Under the pieces are notes generated by a model. It saw only the letters and a list, made by a program, of their open reading frames with translations, did not search any database and was not told where the DNA came from. Positions 48,410 through 62,200 of a stretch of DNA of 64,000 bases are shown here, one piece after another. Numbering within the stretch: position 1 is the stretch's first letter; the number at the start of each line of letters is the position of its first letter. The translations under genes and the position numbers were made by a program. Origin of the DNA: Amphiscolops sp. MND2022 (taxonomy: Eukaryota); assembly GCA_964187785.1 (NCBI GenBank), contig OZ076410.1, forward strand, positions 50,778,001 to 50,842,000, written 5' to 3'.

Positions 48410-49178
48410 ATCGGCCTGTTTTAGTTTAAAAAAGGACAGTCTTTTTTGAAATGCTGTGAGCTTCCGCAGTTATAGCAATTCCTACACTCTCTCGCCCAGT
48501 GACCACGTTGACCGCATCTATGACAACTATCCCCTGCGATTCCCGCTCGATCCGATTCTGAAATCTCTCTCGAGACTGGGATCTGCTTTGTCCTCTTTCC
48601 GACCTACCGGGCGTTTGTTGTCTGCCTTTATATCCTCCGCGTCCTCTTCTTCGTCCCCCTCGACTTCGATCTCCCCCGTTTCCGTTTCTATCACTATCTC
48701 TTGAACTACTTCTTCGGTATTGTTTCCTTTCCGGAAAACTCTTGCGGTTGTCATTTCGCGAATTTGGCGAGAGAGAGTTTTTTCTATCAACTGAATCACA
48801 GAATTAATCAATCTCTCATTAATGTCGAATTGAAGCACAGCGACTCTGGGTTCTTTTTCTTCCTCCTCAATCCTAGTGACAACTTCAAGGTGCAGAGCCA
48901 TTTCTAGTATGCGGTGAATCCCACCATTATCGGAGTTATTTTTTTTACATTATACACAGACCAGTCGAAACCCGTTGGCCTGTGGTTACGTTATCAACGT
49001 TTACTGTCGAACCCCGACAGTACAATGTGACTAAGTTGTCGAGCCCGTCAACTTCAATTTACGATGTGTCACATAAATATTGTTTTATTGCCAGCCATAT
49101 TTTAGGCTATAAAATCTCTCCATTTTCATTTAATTCTTTCATTTTGATTTTCAAAAATATCATATAGGTTTCCTATAA

Positions 49179-50285
49179 TAATATAAAGTTTTGGTGCAAA
49201 AAGTGGAGAATGGTAGTTAATGGGTCTAAAACTGAGCTACTTCTTTTCAATTGCTTGACTGACAACACTGAGCCAATCCTTCTCAACGGGGAGCGATGCA
49301 AGACGAAGCAAACTACTAAATCTCTGGGCTCAACTATAGACACTAACCTCACCTATAGAGAGCATACGTCTATTACGGGCTCGAAAGCTTTAACTAGCTG
49401 GAGGCTGCCTAAAAGTAAATGCTCTAACAGGTGGGGCCTCAGTATACCAACACGAGCCTATCTGTATAAAACCATATTCAGACCACAGTTATTATATTCG
49501 GAGCCGGAGAAACTATGCGTGCCTACAGATTGAACAAAATCGACTCATTCGCTCCAAAGTGAAACACAGCTTGTGTCCAAAGACAACAGCCAGCTTTTGA
49601 AGTTTTGATGAGGATTCCTCCTATAGATATTTATTGTTCTTCAATTGAAAGAAAATTTTTAATCAAAGCTGTGAATAAAAATGCTTTAGTTACCGCGACG
49701 CATGTCAAAACATTGACAAGACCCAGTAGTCTCTCCTCCCTTCTCCTAAGCAAACTGGAAAGATTTGAAAGAACTCATATGTCTTATTCTTACACTCGCG
49801 ACTCCATCAATGCCTTCATCAGTGATAACTGGAACCGCAGATAGAACAGTCCGTATAAGGACAATTTCCTCAGGAATTTCATTTCCAACTTGTCACAAGA
49901 AACGATTCATTCACCTTTACTGGACGGAAACACTTTGATTGCCAATATGATAAGCGACCTTCTCATCGGGAGCTCACGAAGATTAGCTGAAAACTTATGG
50001 AAATTGAGCCGCACACCATCGCCCATGTGTATTTGTGGAATGTCAGAGCAGAACAGCTACCACTATTTCTTTTCATCTCTGATGACTGTGCCATTATTAG
50101 AAATTTCATCTCTGGTACAAATATTATTTAATGTACTGAAACTGGGGAAGCGATCCTGCCTAATTTGTATGCATCCACTATATTGTAACTGTTCTTAAAT
50201 TGTTCTGTTTCATACCTGCCCGCAAAGAGGGTCTTCATTTTAGAATTTATACATATACCGCGAGAATAAAGCCAGGATCAATCAA
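49179..50285 (+). mobile_element. LINE RT C-terminal part and 3' end, duplicate copy
   Basis: KFWCKKWRMVVNGSKTELL...KSLG...YKTIFRPQLLY, SPMCICG...SYHYFF; ends AATAAAGCCAGGATCAATCAA. Confidence 0.85.
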
Positions 50286-51483
50286 CGGGACGAGTATCGA
50301 TCGCGCGAGTTGACCGTAAAGATGTAGTTGTTGAAGATTCGTATCTTTCCCTACACATTAGCATGCTAAACTGAAGATTCATTCGCACATCCATTGCGCA
50401 TTCGGAATTTCTATGTCCATTTGTCTATACCTCATTTCATGAGTTTTTTTGGTTTGTTTCAGATGATTTTACTGAGGATGGCAACATCCTTGCCGAAAAC
50501 GTCTTAATTTACCATTGGAGTTTATCTCATTTTTATTCAATGAAAATAACAGAATGAAAGTAATTTTACACAACTCTAGAATTCTCAAACCTCAAAAACA
50601 AAAACTATCTACACTTGACCGTGAATTACTTGGTATTGGACTAGTATTACTAGTATTCCGATAAGTAACAATATCTTCATTGTGTATGTTCAATAGTGTT
50701 ACCCAACGCGTTCCGTTGTCATTGTTCACTAAGGCATGAGCAACCCATAATCCTGTCGCTTCTTGGAAGGTTTCGAGGGGGTTTACTAAACCTTCTAACT
50801 TGGTAGCTTTCGAACCATCCTCGTATCTCAACTCACACTGCACTTGTGTCTCATTTCGTGCAGGAATTGCTTGGTTCGACTTGGCTACCTAAATGTTGAC
50901 CCCTCTTTACTCACATTTGACTTTAGTTCCATGCTTCGGTTTGTTTTTCCACAGAATAGTTTCTGTTGTTTCGCGTACAGTACACAATCGTTTTGTCCAG
51001 TAGACACAAAATCTAATCACAGTAGACACGGGAAAAATCCAAAGCCGAGATTAAAAATGTGGCCCGAAACTCGGGTGTAAACTTTTCCAGCGGAACGATC
51101 AGTTCAACTTTACCCTTTATCAGTAGAGGCAAGTTATTTGCCGTGAGTATCTTCCCGTTATACTCTTCCGTTTTACCACTGAACGTTAATGTTTGCAAAT
51201 ATGACCAGCTGATCAGTGAGATGCTACTACTACTGTCAACTAGAGCAGTTGTAAGTTTTCCTTGCAGCAAAAAAGTTGTGTATAAAGCGTGTGTATTAGT
51301 TTGACTCCGTTTAGTCATTCCCATAATGGCCAAAGTCGATCGAGGCAAATGTTTTGCCATTTCCACATCGGCCTGTTTTAGTTTAAAAAAGGACAGTCTT
51401 TTTTGAAATGCTGTGAGCTTCCGCAGTTATAGCAATTCCTACACTCTCTCGCCCAGTGACCACGTTGACCGCATCTATGACAA

Positions 51484-52386
51484 CTATCCCCTGCGATTCC
51501 CGCTCGATCCGATTCTGAAATCTCTCTCGAGACTGGGATCTGCTTTGTCCTCTTTCCGACCTACCGGGCGTTTGTTGTCTGCCTTTATATCCTCCGCGTC
51601 CTCTGCTTCGTCCCCCTCGACTTCGATCTCCCCCGTTTCCGTTTCTATCACTATCTCTTGAACTACTTCTTCGGTATTATTTCCTTTCCGGAAAACTCTT
51701 GCGGTTGTCATTTCGCGAATTTGGCGAGAGAGAGTTTTTTCTATCAACTGAATCACAGAATTAATCAATCTCTCATTAATGTCGAATTGAAGCACAGCGA
51801 CTCTGGGTTCTTTTTCTTCCTCCTCAATCCTAGTGACAACTTCAAGGTGCAGAGCCATTTCTAGTATGCGCTCTATGTTCATTTCAGCGTCTCCAATTGT
51901 CTTTCTGAGATCTAGTCTCACTTGACTATTACGGATTCCCTCAAGAAATCACCTAACTACCAAGTGATCTCTTATCTCTTTTGATTCACACGGGTAGGCC
52001 TTCATCGCTAAACCCTGTAAGTTGCCTAGAAAATCGGTTAAGTTCTCGCCAGGGCTTTGCGTCCTCCTCGCAAGCCGTCCCCGGAATACCACTGGTTTCT
52101 CAGTGCAATGAGTTCCGAAAGCTTTCTTCAACTCGTCATAACTCGCTTTTTGAGCGTCAGTTAAAGTTCGATAGAAATCAATCGCGGATTTTTGGAGACG
52201 GAATGCAAAATAATGCGGCAGATCATCAGTTTGTACGTCTTTTCCTTCACGAGTTTCTGTTCTAACCCAGTTCTGGAGGTTAGCTAACAGTTCGAAATGA
52301 GTTATATAACTGTCGATGTCATTGGAGCCAGTGAACGGTTCCGGTAATAACATCTTGGAAGTACCCGTAGCCATCGTAGCTATCAA
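51484..52386 (-). pseudogene. Gypsy gag
   Basis: MATGTSKMLLPEPFTG...FRLQKSAIDFYRTL...SYDELKKAF; C-part LEMALHLEVVTRIEEE. Confidence 0.85.
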
Positions 52387-53475
52387 CCCGACCTTGCTCT
52401 TCTTTCTTTTCTGTGTGCTGAATCTACTTAAGGAAACGTTACGCTAGACAACTGTTAAGATTTTCTTTTTAAGCACTAGCTCTTTGATAGTGACCCAATA
52501 GCAAAAACTTGTTGTTTTTCAAAATCAGTGAAACACCCTGATTTGTTTTAAAGACTATTTATTTCTTAGTTTCTTTTGTTTTCAATTATTGATCTTTTCT
52601 ACGCCTTGGTTGTTTCAGTTTCTTTTTCCATTAGGATGTTCCGTTTAAAATGGTTTCTACGTTGTAGCGATGTTATTTCATACCCGTCTTCAAAATAACC
52701 TCGAAATAAAATTGTTCTACCGAAAAATTATTCTCGTGCAGTGGAAGTTGGTTTTACGTTTATGTGATTTTCGAGGATTCCGATTGTAGTATCGATTCAA
52801 TTTATTTTTGAAACATTGAGTTTTACTCGTGTTTATAGTACATCTCGATTTTTTTTGAAAAAAAATGTTCAACTAACTTTTTTCTTCGTCGTTGATTGCG
52901 GGTCGGATACTATTCTAAGTCGAAAAGTCGTTTTCTTTTTTCCTTGTCACCACTGTAGCGTTCCGAGATGAACGTTTTGTTGAATTTGAAGGATTTTTGG
53001 GACGAGTTGAGTTGACTGGAATGCTTTTTGAAGAAGGTTTTATATTGATTGTTAAATTAGAAGATATGTTGAGGTTGAAATTGATAGATAAAATTGTATT
53101 TAGCGGGAAAGATGGTTGAAAGAAAGTTGGAAGATTCGACGCAGAAAGGCTCAAAAGCAAAATGTCTACTTCTCACACTTCCTTAAATACCCCTTATCAT
53201 ACAATATTTTGGTGAATCCCACCATTATCGGAGTTATTTTTTTACAATATACACAGACCAGTCGAAACCCGTTGGCCTTCTGGTTACGTTATCAACGTTT
53301 ACTGTCGAACCCCGACAGTACAATGTGACTAAGTTGTCGAGCCCGTCAACTTCAATTTACGATGTGTCACATAAATATTGTTTTATTGCCAGCCATATTT
53401 TAGGCTATAAAATCTCTCCATTTTCATTTAATTCCATCATTTTGATTTTCAAAAATATCATATAGGTTTCCTATA

Positions 53476-54583
53476 ATAATATGAAGTTTTGGTGCCAAAA
53501 GTGGAGAATGGTAGTTAATGGGTCTAAAACTGAGCTACTTCTTTTCAATTGCTTGACTGACAACACTGAGCCAATCCTTCTCAACGGGGGGCGATGCAAG
53601 ACGAAGCAAACTACTAAATCTTTGGGCTCAACTATAGACACTAACCTCACCTATAGAGAGCATACGTCTATTACGGGCTCGAAAGCTTTAACTAGATGAA
53701 GGCTGCTTAAAAGTAAATGCTCTAACAGGTGGAGCCTCAGTATACCAACACAAGCCTATCTGTATAAAACCATATTCAGACCACAGTTATCATATTCGGA
53801 GCCGGAGGAACTATGCGTGCCTACAGATTGAACAAAATCGAATCATTCGCTCCAAAGTGAAACACAGCTTGTGTCCAAAGACAACAGCCAGCTTTTGAAG
53901 TGTTGATGAGGATTCCTCCTATAGATATTTATTGTTCTTCAATTGAAAGAAAATTTTTAATCAAAGCAGTGAATAAAAATGATTTAGTTACCGCGACGCA
54001 TGTCAAAACATTGACAAGACCCAGTAGTCTCTCCTCCCTTCTCCTAAGCAAACTGAAAAGATTTGAAAGAACTCATATGTCTTATTCTTACACTCGCGAC
54101 TCCATCAATGCCTTCATCAGTGATAACTGGAACCGCAGATAGAACAATCCGTATAAGGACAATTTCCTCAGGAAATTCATTTCCAACTTGTCACAAGAAA
54201 CGATTCATTCACCTTTACTGGACGGAAACACTTTGATTGCCAATATGATAAGCGACCTTCTCATCGGGAGCTCACGAAGATTAGCTGAAAACTTATGGAA
54301 ATTGAGCCGCACTCCATCGCCCATGTGTATTTGTGGAATGTCAGAGCAGAACAGCTACCACTATTTCTTTTCATCTCTGGTGACTGTGCCATTATTAGAA
54401 ATTTCATTTCTGGTACAAATATTATTTAATGTACTGAAACTGGGGAAGCGATCCTGCCTAATATGTATGCATCCACTATATTGTAACAGTTCTTGAATTG
54501 TTCTGTTTCATACCTGCCCGCAAAGAGGGTCTTCATTTTAGAATTTATACATATACCGCGAGAATAAAGCCAGGATCAATCAA
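53476..54583 (+). mobile_element. LINE RT C-terminal part and 3' end
   Basis: Continues 39092-40007 across the gypsy insertion; near-identical to 49179-50285. Confidence 0.88.
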
Positions 54584-54779
54584 CGGGACGAGTATCGATC
54601 GCGCGAGTTGACCGTAAAGATGTAGTTGTTGATGATTCGTATCTTTCCCTACACATTAGCATGCTAAACTGAAGATTCATTCGCACATCCATTGCGCAAT
54701 CGGAATTTCTATGTCCATTTGTCTATACTTCATTTCATGAGTTTTTTTTGGTTTGTTTCAGATGATTTTACTGAGGATG

Positions 54780-56470
54780 GCAACATCCTTGCCGAAAACG
54801 TCCTAATTTACCATTGGAGTTTATCTCATTTTTATTCAATGAAAATAACAGAATGAAAGTAATTTTACACAACTCTAGAATTCTCAAACCTCAAAAACAA
54901 AAACTATCTACACTTGACCGTGAACTACTTGGTATTGTAAACGCACTTCAAACCTATGAAATTCTCATAATTGGATCTCCACATCCAATACATATTTTCA
55001 CAGATCACAAACCTCTTCTACATTGTTTCACAAAGAAAGGCACTCTCAGCCCACGATTTTATGGTGCTCAGATGCAACTACCAAAATTCTCCAAACATAA
55101 AATCATTCACACACTGGGAAGAAACCTTTCTGTTGCCGATCTGCTCAGTCAATCTTTTACAAAAACTGAACTTCAAATTAGCCAACTCAAACACAAATAA
55201 TGGGAACAGGACGTTTCGGCAAAGACGTTTCGGCAAAGACGTTTCGGCAAAGACGTTTCGGCAAAAAAACTCGAGACGTTTCGGCAAATTTTTCATGCCG
55301 AAACTTCCCGTATTATCTTGGTTTTGTTTTTGGTTTTCTACAAACTGTTTAGGTCCAGTTTGTAGAATACCAGTTTGTAGAATTCTGAAATTGATGAAAA
55401 ACGATAAGACCATTAATGTAGGAATGATGCAAAGCATAAAATGTGCCTCAGATTTGTCCCCATTTCCTCTAGTGCCCCGCCGCCCCTTGGGGCCGCTTGT
55501 ATTTCCATCTTGTTAAGCGAGGTCGAACAGGAGCAAAGACCTAGCGGGAACGGAGAACGCGAAGCGATTGTAGTGGGAGCTAGTCTTTGCGACGGTGGGG
55601 GCGAGCGGGCATACACCCGATATGCCCCACATATCATACGAAACGTTCCGGCATATGTTTTTAGGCTGAGATTTTTCGGCATTTTTTTGCCGAAACGTCC
55701 GCCACCATGTTTTTGCCGAAACGTCCGTTGCCGAAATGTCCAGAATCCCAAACAATTACGTGCACAAGTTGATTTGGCTGTTTTACAAATTAATATCCTT
55801 CAACCCGTACATCATTCAATCAAACATGAGGCACGAGGAAGTGTTACATTGTCAAAAACTTGAATCTCATCCTATCCTGATTATGGCACAGACCAATTGT
55901 CAATACGTAAGAAAGACAAAGGCAATGATGTCATTGTTAAACCTCTAGACTCTTTTTCTTTCAAATCTGTTACACCTTTTCAATCTAAATTCAAACCACC
56001 CATCAAAAAACACAACAAATCTCTCAAACAACAAAATCCTTAACTCAATGATACTGACATCATCAGTGATGATGAAGATGAAACATATACAAGAATCCCA
56101 AAAGATTCAACACTTTTTACACCTGACACTACTATTACTTCCGAAAACTTTTCTACACTCACGAACCCAAAATCTGGTACTCACTCTACAAATGCAATTG
56201 AAACACAACAACCTATCAAACATTACAACACATTGTTCACAAATCATTCTATTTTATGACCCATCAATTTTTGAAAACAAAAATTATTTTCAAGGTCTTT
56301 TTACGAGTCGACTACACTTTAGATACAATAACGCTTAAACAACAACAAGCACAAGACCCAGTACTCGAAACAGTATACTTCTGGATAACACAGAACACTA
56401 AACCAGACTCTTTAACGCAATAAACAGTTTCATATTTTGGAATGGCTCCAATAACAAAAAGTGTTAACTT
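54780..56470 (+). mobile_element. Second-family gypsy RNase H and downstream region, with a MITE insertion; duplicated at ~57300-58610
   Basis: NSRILKPQKQKLSTLDRELLGIV...FTDHKPLL...GRNLSVADLLS...LKHK. Confidence 0.85.
55202..55749. mobile_element. GCCGAAACGTC-repeat MITE, ~7-bp TSD (AAATAAT/AAACAAT); shorter copy at 57707-57899
   Basis: GGGAACAGGACGTTTCGGC...GCCGAAATGTCCAGAATCCC; same insertion site (K-H-K|Q-L) in both duplicated blocks. Confidence 0.85.
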
Positions 56471-57083
56471 AATGACTACTTCAAAATGCTGAAAGCGCAA
56501 AAAAACATTGAAAGATGATGACTCATGTATTGGCTGCCACACATGCGGTATCTGGTGGCATGGTTCCTGTGCTGGTCAATCCTCAGACGAAGTATCATGG
56601 TTGAGAAAGAAAGGCAACTGTCTCTGGCTCTGTAACCCCTGTCTGGATGATGACGTCTTCCATCACAAAACGAAGCTACGTTTACTTCATTACTTGAGTC
56701 TTTTAACACTAACCATTTCATCTACTATTAGCGATGTTTTTCCTAAGGTAGTACAATGTTCGTTGCCTAAAACCTTAACAGATGATGTAAAAAAGCTGTT
56801 AATGACTCCATTCCCTTCCGAAAAATCGTAAAGAAGCATTCTAAGCAACCTTTAGTCGATTTTACACCCGATCTGCAATTTGTAATTACTGGTGTACCCG
56901 AGGAAAACATTACTTTTTTACAGCAAATTGAACACGATTCCAATAAAGTAGAACAAATATTAAAACATAAGGGATTGCATCCTGATGGGAATGTCACTTC
57001 TATCAAACATCTTGGAAGGAGCATGAATCCTGAGAATAAGGAGAAACGTTTACGCCGTACAATATTGGTGACAACCTCCAACC
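56470..57083 (+). mobile_element. CR1/L2-like ORF1 fragment with PHD finger; duplicate at ~58610-59202
   Basis: CIGCHTCGIWWHGSCAG...LWLCNPC, followed by FVITGVPEE...IKHLGR. Confidence 0.75.
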
Positions 57084-59202
57084 ATCAACGGGACGAGTAT
57101 CGATCGCGTGATTTGACCGTAAAGATGTAGTTGTTGAAGATTCGTATCTTTCCCTACACATTAGCATGTTAAACTGAAGATTCATTCGCACATCCCTTGC
57201 GCAATCGGAATTTCTATGTCCATTTGTCTATACCTCATTTAATGAGTTGTTTTTGGTTTGTTTCAGATGATTTTACTGAGGATGGCAACATCTTTGCCGA
57301 AAACGTCTTAATTTACCATTGGAGTTTATCTCATTTTTATTTATTGAAAATAACAAAATGAAAGTAATTTTAAACAACTCTAGAGTTCTCAAACCTCAAA
57401 AACAAAAACTATCTACACTTGACCGTGAATTCCTTGGTATCGTACACGCACTTCAAATCTATGAATTTCTCATTATTGGACCTCCACATCCAATACATAT
57501 TTTCACAGATCACAAACCTCTTTTACATTGTTTCACAAAGAAAGGCACTCTCAGCCCACGATTTTATGGTGCTCAGATGCATTTACCAAAATTCTCCAAA
57601 CTCAAAATCATTCACACACTGGGAAGAAACCTTTCTGTTGCCGATCTGCTCAGTCAATCTTTTACAAAAACTGAACTTCAAATTAGCCAACTCAAACACA
57701 AATAATGGGAACAGGACGTTTCGGCAAAGAAGTTTCGGCAAAGACGTTTCGGCAAAAAAACTCGAGACGTTTCGGCAAATGTTTTTAGCCTGAGATGTTT
57801 CGGCATTTTTCTGCCGAAACGTCCGCCACCATGTTTTTGCCGAAACGTCCGCCACCATGTTTTTGCCGAAACGTCCTTTGCCGAAACGTCCAAAATCCCA
57901 AACTATTACCGGCACAAGTTGATTTTGCTGTTTTACAAATTAATACTATTAACCCGTACATCATTAAATCAAACATGAGGAAGTGTTACATCGTCAAAAA
58001 CATGATTCTCATCGTATCCTGATTATGGCACAGACCAATTTTCAATACGTAAGGAAAACAAAGGCAATGATGTCATTGTTGAACCTCTAGACTCCTTTTC
58101 TTTCAAATCTGTTACACCTCTTCAATCTAAATTCAAACAACACATCAGAAAACACAACAAATCTCTCAAACAACAAAATCTTTAACTCAATGATACTGAC
58201 ATCATCAGTGATGATGAAGATGATACATATTAAAGAATCCCAAAAGATTCAACACTTTTTACACCTGACACTACTATTACTTCCGAAAACTTTTCTACAC
58301 TCACGAACCCAAACTCTGATACTCACTCTACAAATGCAATTGAAACACAACAACCTATCAAACATTACAACACATTGTTCACAAATCATTCTATTTTATG
58401 ACCCACCAATTTTTGAATACAAAAGATATTTTCAAGTTCTTTTTTTACGAGTTGACTACACTTTAGATACAATAACTCTTAAACAACAACAAGCACAAGA
58501 CCCAGTATTCAAAACACTATACTTCTGGATAACACAGAACATTAAACCAGACTCTTTAACGCAATTAACAGTTTCACATTTTGAAATGGCTCCAATAACA
58601 AATCAAAGTGTGAACTCAACGACTACTTCAAAATGCTGAAAGCGCAAAAAAACATTGAAAGATGATGACTCATGTATTGGCTGCCACACATGCGGTATCT
58701 GGTGGCATGGTTCCTGTGCTGGTCAATCCTCAGACGAAGTCTCATGGTTGAGAAAGAAAGGCAACTGTCTCTGGCTCTGTAACCACTGTCTGGATGATGA
58801 CGTCTTCCATCACAAAACGAAGCTGAGTTTACTTCATTATTTGAGTCTTTTAACACTAACCATTTCATCTACTATTAGCGATGTTCTTCCTAAGGAAGTA
58901 CAATGTTCGTTGCCTTAAACCTTAACAGATGATGTAAAAAAGCTGTTAATGACTCCATTTCCTTCAGAGAAATCGTAAAGAAGCATTCTAAGCAACCTTT
59001 AGTCGATTTTACTCCCGATCTGCAACTTGTAATTACTGGTGTACCCGAGGAAAACATTACTTTTTTACAGCAAATTGAACACGATTCCAATAAAGTAGAA
59101 CAAATATTTAAACATAAGGGATTGCATCCTGATGGGATTGTCACTTCTATCAGACGTCTTGGAAGGAGCATGAATCCCGAGAATAGGGAGAAACGTTTAC
59201 GC

Positions 59203-62200
59203 TGTCCAAAATTGTATTATTGGTTGGTATAACCTTAATATGACTCCTTTTTTGCACTCACATGGTTTTCCAATGCTTTTATTTCACTCTTTGGATATCC
59301 ATGTTACATCCTCACTGAATGTGGAATTTACTTTTCCACTTTTCATTTCATACAAACTATTATTACACTCCTCATAAAACTCTACTCTAAAAAACTGTTT
59401 CAATAAAATTTACTCTTCAACAAAATAATACTCTTCTTAGTTCTATAGCACATGGTTTTTATAATATTATTACAGCTGAAATGGTAAAAGACCTAAACAC
59501 TTCTCACGTTCGAAGACGATTACATCCATTACCACTCACTGTCAACTGTAAATGAAAACACTTTGGATGACTCTTGTGACAACACGGATGATCCAACAAA
59601 CAAACCTAATATTTTTTTGGTATTATTTCACCACCATTTTTCTATAAAAAACGTCCAAAAAGAATTACGAAGATGACTTGATTTTAAAATTTACCAAAAC
59701 GGAAAAACTTCTTTATTCGATGAACTAATAATGACAATACCACCGACAATACTTCTACATCACACATTTCTACATTACCCCATTTTCCACTGTCAATTCA
59801 AGTCCCAATAATTATCCTCTTAATACACCATCTGTCAATACAGACAATGAAAGTCCTGTCAAAGTATACTCTAAAACTATTTAATCTTTTCCTCCGCCAT
59901 CTTTTTAAAACTGGTCATTCTGACTTTCCACTTTTTGTGGCAATAGCTGCTCTTGAATAATTCCCTAACAAACTCATTCTACACTCTGCAAAATGTCATC
60001 AATCTTCACTTGGAAAACCTCTCTTCTTTTCGCATCCTCTGCTTTCGCTTAGAAAAACTCCCTCTCTTCAAAAATTGAGCTCTTTCCTCAACTTTAATTC
60101 ACTCCTGTAAATTAAATAACCATCCATAGTCCACACATTCCAAATATAAAAGTTCGAGTTCTTGCTCCGCCTTCAAAAACTCGAGATAAATCGACTCGTT
60201 AGTGAAAATTTTTTCTTCAAAAACAAATATGACACAGGCACAACTTGACCTACAAAATCAACTTGAACAAACTAATATTACCGATCTTACAACTCAACCT
60301 ATATGTAACGATTCTGCAGTTCCCTTTCTCGAAGCCTTGGACCAAGATCCATCGGTTGCAAATTCGGAACAAAATTCTTCTTCTACTGACCAAATTGAAC
60401 ATGAAATTCCTCCAGAAAACATCAAACACCTCCAAAAACAAAAAATTATGAACAATTTTTTGAAACACCTCAAGCAAATAACTGTGAATAATCTCATGAA
60501 CACCTCCACCTCCAACAAAAGCGATATGAGATAATGAAAGACACTGAATCTTCACCATTGTTTTTACCTCCATTGCATCTAAAATCACGGTATTAACACC
60601 GGCTTGATTACAGTGTTAACATTTTTTCTCTGCAATTCAAGTTTCTTGGCCCGTCCATTTTTGACTTGAAAACGGATGAAAATGATCCCCGTCATTCCTC
60701 TCAGTTGCACAAAAAATCACTCATCTTCAAATTTGCACCAAATTCATACAGTACAAAAAACCACAAAACTACTTATTTGCCAACTATAAGTACAAGTGAC
60801 TATGACCTTTCACTATGACCAATCTATATACAATTGATCACACCAAAATTATGGAATATCTTAGAAACCATGATCCCATCAAACATTATTTTTGCCTCCT
60901 TCCTCACAATGATACGTCTCGACCACTGATAGTACCTCGAAAATATTGGGTACATTTTGACAATTTTGTGTTGCCCTGCTACATTCCTACAATAATAGTC
61001 AAACCACTCACTGTTTTCAAACATCTTGATGATAAAGACACATCTTATTATAAAGCTTTGTCAAAACAATCATACTCGTATATTGAACTTCTTTTTTTAT
61101 CTGCAAAGGTCATTTCATTTATGGTTTAATCAGAACAAAACTCAGAACAAAATCCACCTATATGGAACGCGACCGTGTCGAAAGAGACCGCCATAAATCT
61201 CCTTCTAGAACATTACAAACTACCACTGACGGAATTACTGTTATGCTTAGTCTTCGCACTCCCAAAGATATGACAGAAACACTCAAAACGTATAAAAGAC
61301 AAAATGATACTCCTCTCACTACTCTTAATAGGGTAATAGACAATTATGAAAGAACGTCAAAACTCCATCACTGAATCTCGACTCTCACATAGTTAGTCAA
61401 TCCTCACAAGCTATCCAATCTACTGTCGAAACATTGAACACTCGTTTTTCCTCTAAATAAATAATCAACATTCTACAAGAAAACAGATTTTTAAATTTCG
61501 GCACACTTGGGATTTTTTGGCACTTTTCTATATTTTTGTACCCAATCTACAGGTAACGATTATACATTTCTTTTGGAACACTATGTCCTTCTTCAAATGG
61601 TAAACTATGGCACATCCTTTTCAAACGCTTTCAATACTCTTGAACTTATTGTGTTTCTCAAATTCTTGCAATTCCTTTGAACTTTGTTCTCATATACATT
61701 ACAGAACTTTTTTTCAACCTTATAGCACTTCGAAATATATAACAAACGTATAGCACGATATAGTACACAACAAAAAACAGCTCCAAAAGGATTCGATGTA
61801 ATCAAATTCTTCTTGTTCCAGAAACTCCTCTTTTTCCTCTTCTTTCTTTGTTGCCTCCTTGGCTTACTACCGCGACCATCACATCCAACACCAAATCGTT
61901 TTATCAGAATTTTTCTCAATCTTCTTCAGCTACTTACTCCTCTTCCTTCTATCAGGACTATCCAATTGCCTCTGTTCTTCCGTTTTCTTCCATTGGCAAC
62001 CCTAGAACAAAGAAAGTCTCAGTTACAAATGCTAACAATCTCAAAGCCGCTATATTTCTCACAATGGCGTTCTAATAGTCATTAGAAACTAATAGTGACA
62101 AAATAACTTGTTCCACGAAAAAGGCATTCCTTAAAGTGCTTTATAACGTCTGTCGAATAAAGCAGAAAATATTTCTTTTGAGCATTGTTCTCGGATCCAC

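Larger units (their letters stand above)
40008..53475 (-). mobile_element. Ty3/gypsy LTR retrotransposon with accessory ORFs, 4-bp TSD ATAA, internally duplicated
   Basis: LTRs 40008-40536 and 52954-53475; PPT GGAAAGGGAGAAA at 40537-40549; PBS-like TGGTGACAAGG next to the right LTR; gag LPEPFTGSNDIDSYITHFE, PR ALVDSSSS, RT YLDD, RNase H TTDASL, IN LHSDKGTNF and MIERTNRT. Removing it rejoins LINE RT C-H-N-M-K-F-W. Confidence 0.93.

Noticed and set aside
55202-55749. CRISPR-like array (GACGTTTCGGCAAA / GGTCGAA repeats; also 38668-39091, 39427-39687, 57707-57899)
   Set aside because: No unique regular spacers, no cas genes, eukaryotic context; these are MITE subterminal repeats bounded by TIRs and TSDs.
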